64,000 bases of DNA from Tubulanus polymorphus. Taxonomy: Eukaryota; Animalia; Nemertea. Position 1 is the stretch's first letter. Each line of letters opens with the position of its first letter. The notes beneath the pieces were generated by a model. It was not told the DNA's origin and made no database searches. It saw nothing but the letters and a program-made list of their open reading frames with translations. Positions 58,949 through 64,000 of this stretch are shown here, piece by piece. A program made the translations under genes and the position numbers. Location: the NCBI RefSeq assembly GCF_964204645.1, contig NC_134028.1:8494001-8558000 (forward strand). The letters are read 5' to 3'.

Positions 58949-61083
58949 GAATCGCAAAATTTAGTTGTACATCCGATGCTTCAATTGCAATACGCAGGTT
59001 CCAAAAAGAAGTTTCCAGTTACTAGACGCCATTTTGTGGCGGTCCTCGAGGTCGCCATTGTTGAAAAGCCGCACCTTCCTTTTCTTGGACCCCAAACATA
59101 CTAAATGATATTTTGAAAATTTGCAGATAAGCCACCGAATGAAATGCAAGTGGCTGTCGTCAGTGTGACTAAAGGACAAGAAACCGAACAAACAAAGATG
59201 TGAAGAAATACCCGTCATTAGCTTCAAGTTAAAATTGCAGTGTTTTATGTTTATAATACAAACAATTTTCATATAGTTTTCGACTTAATCTAAAAATGAC
59301 GTAAAATCGTTCTTTAATAGAGAAGATATTTTTGTTAGCTCGTGTGTATCATCAATTTACTAGATAAGATTTGTATTTTCAAAACAAAAACAAAACTCGC
59401 TTTATTTTTCTGGTTTTGAAATTTCGGAAGGAAATTTTCTTTTTAAAGCGGGAGGATCAATACTATACAATGCGAATGCAAAAACACAAACATAAAGTCC
59501 TGCAAACATCTAGAATGTGAGACTAAGACGAGACGATTCCTGCGCCGCCCCAGGTTAGCCTAACCACGGATAAGCCACTAACCACGGTTAGGCTAACAGG
59601 GTTTTCCTGTGGTGGGTTCATAAAGGACACTACCGATCTAATACACAACAGAGGCAATTTTTTTTTTAAGATCAAATAATAAAAAAATGACAAGACAACT
59701 CCTTTTTTAAGATTAAATAATCAAAAAAGACAAGACAACTCGTTTTAAGCGACTTAACAATCATGAACCGATAACTTTTTTCTTCTAAGGGAATAAATCA
59801 ATTCTCGAAAATGTCATTATTTAGCAGTTTGAGAGTCACAGCGGCAGGACAATCAGTGGGACGATGGTATATGAAATGTGACAACAGCGCTCTTTTCTGC
59901 CGCTTTGAGTCCAAGGAATGAACGATCACCCCCTAGAACGCTGGGACCATATTTTTTGTTGTAGAATGTATCTGCGGGTATATCGGCTAGCTTCAGTTTT
60001 AGGAATGATAATTGACTCTTTTTTCGACGGATCAGGTGCTCTATTTACCGCACTACGACCAGTCTTAAGGTGCTTTGCATTGTATTTTCAGCGTTTTTTC
60101 TCTATCCGTTTCGAATTTCTTTTTCGTTTGCTGTGTATGGTTTTCGTAGATTTCTTGACCGTTGCGACAATTGGCATTCTGGGCACGACACCCTTTGCCA
60201 TTCCACTGTATACCAAACTGCCAGAAATTTGGATAAGAAATAAATTATATCTTCATCGGTTTTAAATTCATTTATTTGCTTCTGCAGTTTTTTGGGCTGA
60301 CCGTACTATTTCTGACTGCGTTTCCGCGGATGGTCAAAAGATCCATCTTTTTATATTGGAGGCTTTCGAAACAAAAATGAGCTCACGCTTTCAATTAAAC
60401 ATGTACCATTGCTTTCATTTTATATATTTTCATAACCGTACTTGCATGGTGCCGTTCTGCATTTAGAGTCTTGTTGAAATGGTTCTTATGATTGTATACG
60501 CAATTTTTCTCTTTGGATTTAAAGCGAGTAATAGCATCATTAATGCAGAAAACCCGTTATCTCCGCTGTGCAGATAGCTTTTACGTGTTATATCATCATC
60601 ATAATAATTCAACAATGATTGCATTTGCAAAAGGATTTCACGAAGGAAAGAGTGACATTGAGAAGGAAATATTAATTGCATTATGCTAGATCAATTCCGA
60701 ATCCGCAGTGTTTTCTTGACCGAATATTGAAAGCACTGAAAGGTACATAGTTAACGCATTCCGGATCTCGGGTCGACCTGCATCCTTGGGAATAGAAAAA
60801 AGAAAACAATGAAAAATTAAAAACAAAGAAAATTAAGAAGCATTCAAAAGCAGGATTTCTTTTTCGAAAAACGAAATTCTTTCTCATTTTTTTTAATGTC
60901 CCGACCGTACGTACACCCAAACAGAGGCTTGTATATAGGAAATATATTACCAAAACGTGTAGTAGAAGCGCTTTATTCGTTTAACAACGAACTTTCCCGC
61001 AAATTACTAGTCGGTGCGCCATCATAAATTATAAAACTGACAAACCCGTCCTTGGCATGCCGCTAATAGCGACAGGCAAAGTC

Positions 61084-64000
61084 ATGGCGGAATTCTGTGA
61101 CATCCGACTCGCTCGAATTATCGTTCTTGGAATATCATTCATGTTGATCTTTACAGCATTTCTAACATGCTGTATGATTGAGGTACCTAAATTGAAATAT
61201 ATGTCCAAATGAAAGACTGAATTCTTTAGATGTGCTGGGCTTGGTTTAATTTGGTAATAGGTTAATTTCAGTAAGTTCTGGATCTAGTTCAACGTTTATG
61301 GCATTTGCCTCTGGACCACAGACTTGATTCATTTCAACAGTTGTGGGCTATTCTGATCCTTAATCAAAATCCGCAATTGGGAGCTTAATTAACGTAACTC
61401 GGGGGGGGGGGGGCATTCTTCAAAGGCGTGGGATTAGTTCCAGATCTACAGATTTGCAGGTTTGATACATAAAGTGCCCTAGTTCTAGTTGGAGACAGTT
61501 TATCTTGACTGCAGACTAAGAGAGGTTTCTTCTTCTTGGACCGGTTTTCGGGCTCATTTAGCGAGTTTGATTTGATACTTTAGTTACCCACCGGGAAGTC
61601 TGACGGTTGTGGGCTCACCGGTTCAGTGTATCACAGTTGTTGTTGAGATTGTATCACAGTTGTTGTTGAGATTAGGTTTCATTTTGTAGCAAACGGTAAT
61701 CGAAGGAGCAATAAAAGAACCAAACAGTACATTTACTGGAAATGGATATACAAGGTTTGTTTATATAGAACCAACAAAAAGACTTATCTTTTGAATTTTT
61801 CTATATAGGGAATAGTTTTCTGAAACGTGTCTTCGACATAATACGTTTCCTTTTGTATTTCAGCTTGGCAATACTTTATGCCTCGTTTGCTGTAACAAAC
61901 TGGGCGGCTCCGTCAATTATAAGTGTCTTAGGCCTCAAGATATCATTGATTGTATCCGGCGTTATTTACGCGTGGGTATTCTAGTTTGATTTAGAGGATT
62001 GAAGGGTGAAACACATTTGAAATTACTTTTATTCATTTTGCAATTCTTTCAGATTGTTCATAGCTTCATTTTTGAAACCAATGACGTGGGCACTATACAC
62101 CATGTCAGTCCTTCTTGGACCTGGCGCTGCAGGTTTGTGGACGCTTAATCTGGTGACCCTGATATACATCTGTATATTAAACCTATATAGGCTTTTTTAT
62201 AATCATTTTCAGTTTTATGGACGGCACAAGGAAGTTACTTGACAATCAATTCTGATTCTGCTACAATTCCAATAACAAGTGGCATTTTTTGGGCATTGTT
62301 CCAAACCAGGTGGGCTGTCTAAAGTTCAAACTTCTACGGTTTCGAGAGTAAAACCATTTCACAGATTGAAATATTATCATCGGATATAGCCCATACGGTT
62401 ACAAATTCATAACGGCCTTGACTCTATGGTTATGAAGAACAAATATTCATGTGACTCTCCTTCGCTATGGTCGGAGGTTGAAACTGAAGAACAGCTCGGT
62501 AAATAAAGATTTTGAATGAGTTTTCTATTTTTCCAGTATGTTGTTCGGCAACCTGTACGTCTATTTTACTTTCAAAGGCAATATAACAGTGGATGCCGAA
62601 AGTAGGACTACGTTATTTTCAGTATTTACTGCACTCTGCGTGGTGGGCGTTTTGACTTTCGCCATACTATTTAGTTTGAAAGATAGAAAACAGAACGTCA
62701 AATCTGCACAATCGGAAGACCCAATCAATTCAGTGTATGATGTCCTTTAATGTATGATTAATTTAAAAAAGAAAATAGGTTTTTGATAAATGATATTCTA
62801 TGTTCGTTCCACAGCGAGCAAGACGACCGCAGTCCAGGGCCAGTACAAGCCTTCAGTGAGTTCACATCATTTATTCCCTCTCGAATGCTGCCAACGGCAT
62901 CAATTATTTACTTTCTCTTATTTGTTTATTTACAGAAAAATCATTTCAGTTATTCCTAACAGGCCGTATGTTGCTGCTTAGTATTACATTTGGATTTACA
63001 GGTATGAATGTAGGCTACTAATAAGCATTTATATTCAATCGTATTTTCTAACGAGAATGAAAGAAGATTTTCGAGATAACTGTCCCCCAGAACTATCAGC
63101 AATTCTTGATTTTCTATTTCGATATTTCAGGCCTTACGGTCACATTCTTCAGTGGTGTTTATGGAACATGCGTCGGTCATTCGAAACGGTTTGGTACCGA
63201 TGCTAAAGGCCTGATTGGAATTTGTGGAATATTCATTGGAATCGGTGAAATCCTTGGTACACGTATATTTATATTTTACCTTTTTTAAGCTTTTATTGAC
63301 AGTCAATAAACTTTTCACGAATAACATATACATATTCATAGATTTATAAAGATGGTAGCATCATTTCACAGACCTGTCTTCTAAATCTGCCTTGGAAGAA
63401 TCGAAGCAAGCGGCATATGATATTCTATTATTACTTAGTATCTTAGTACTTACTGTATCAATGACAACTAGTTGGTCCGTTACCATATGTTTGGGCTAGA
63501 ATACATAGAGAATGGTAACGCCTCTGTAACTATGGGCAACGGGGCCGGGGCCACTTTTATGTATCGGGACAATAAATTCATGGCTCCACGATTCTGGATA
63601 ATATCCGCTTTTTAATGTCATTTTAAAAAAGAATGGTTGTAAGTTTAATAGTTGAATTGTGATAAGCCGTAATGTCAACTGCAGTTACAAAAACCTCACT
63701 CTATTTCCATCTCGAGCTAATCACCGGTATCCGATTAATGAACATAGATAAATATTATCAAATATCGGTAATCATAATGCAAATAATCTTCAACGCTTTT
63801 GAAATGAATATTTTTTCTATCTGTAATCACCAGGCGGTGCTCTATTTGGTTTATGCGGTAAATGGATGAGACGATCTGGTAGAGATCCGATCATACTGTT
63901 TGGATTTCTCGTAAATATAACAACGTATTATCTGATATTTTTGAATCTTCCACAAATGTCTCCCATCGAAGATACCCACGGTGCTGTGTACGTGGATTTC
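61084..64000 (+). CDS. MFSD11: MFSD11/UNC93-like transporter, copy 4 (truncated by the window end)
   Basis: ATGGCGGAATTCTGTGAC start; exons closely similar to copy 3 up to ...GAVYVDF at the window edge. Confidence 0.85.

Noticed and set aside
59530-60400. Possible transposon remnant (small palindrome at about 59550-59600, ORF 59918-60265)
   Set aside because: No matching second terminus or transposase motif could be identified.

Overview
Intron-containing animal (probably marine invertebrate) genomic DNA. The host part carries a TMEM26-like gene, a stand-alone MOCS1B/MoaC gene with its own putative mitochondrial presequence, a RING-H2 protein gene, an orphan ORF, tRNA-Cys(GCA), an ependymin-related gene and a tandem array of four MFSD11/UNC93-like transporter genes. 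Intron 1 of the second MFSD11 copy holds a decayed CR1-type LINE. A complete 17,435-bp, very AT-rich Polinton/Maverick (26685-44119) has inserted into that LINE, with ~80-bp TIRs and a perfect 6-bp TSD (GGTGTA). It encodes pPolB, rve integrase, A32-like ATPase, major and minor capsid proteins and several membrane proteins. Four features make it unusual. (i) It has a poxvirus A2/VLTF3-like late transcription factor gene. (ii) A poxvirus-late-type T-run...TAAATG signal sits at 14 of its 15 gene starts. (iii) A Mimivirus-like LAGLIDADG intein interrupts the polymerase active site. (iv) It contains a GC-richer cluster of hairpins, two of which have unrelated stems but share a GGCGCC-containing loop. 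My inference is an endogenous virophage-like virus transcribed by the machinery of a pox-like/NCLDV helper virus. Family assignments come from motif recognition by eye; no searches were run.
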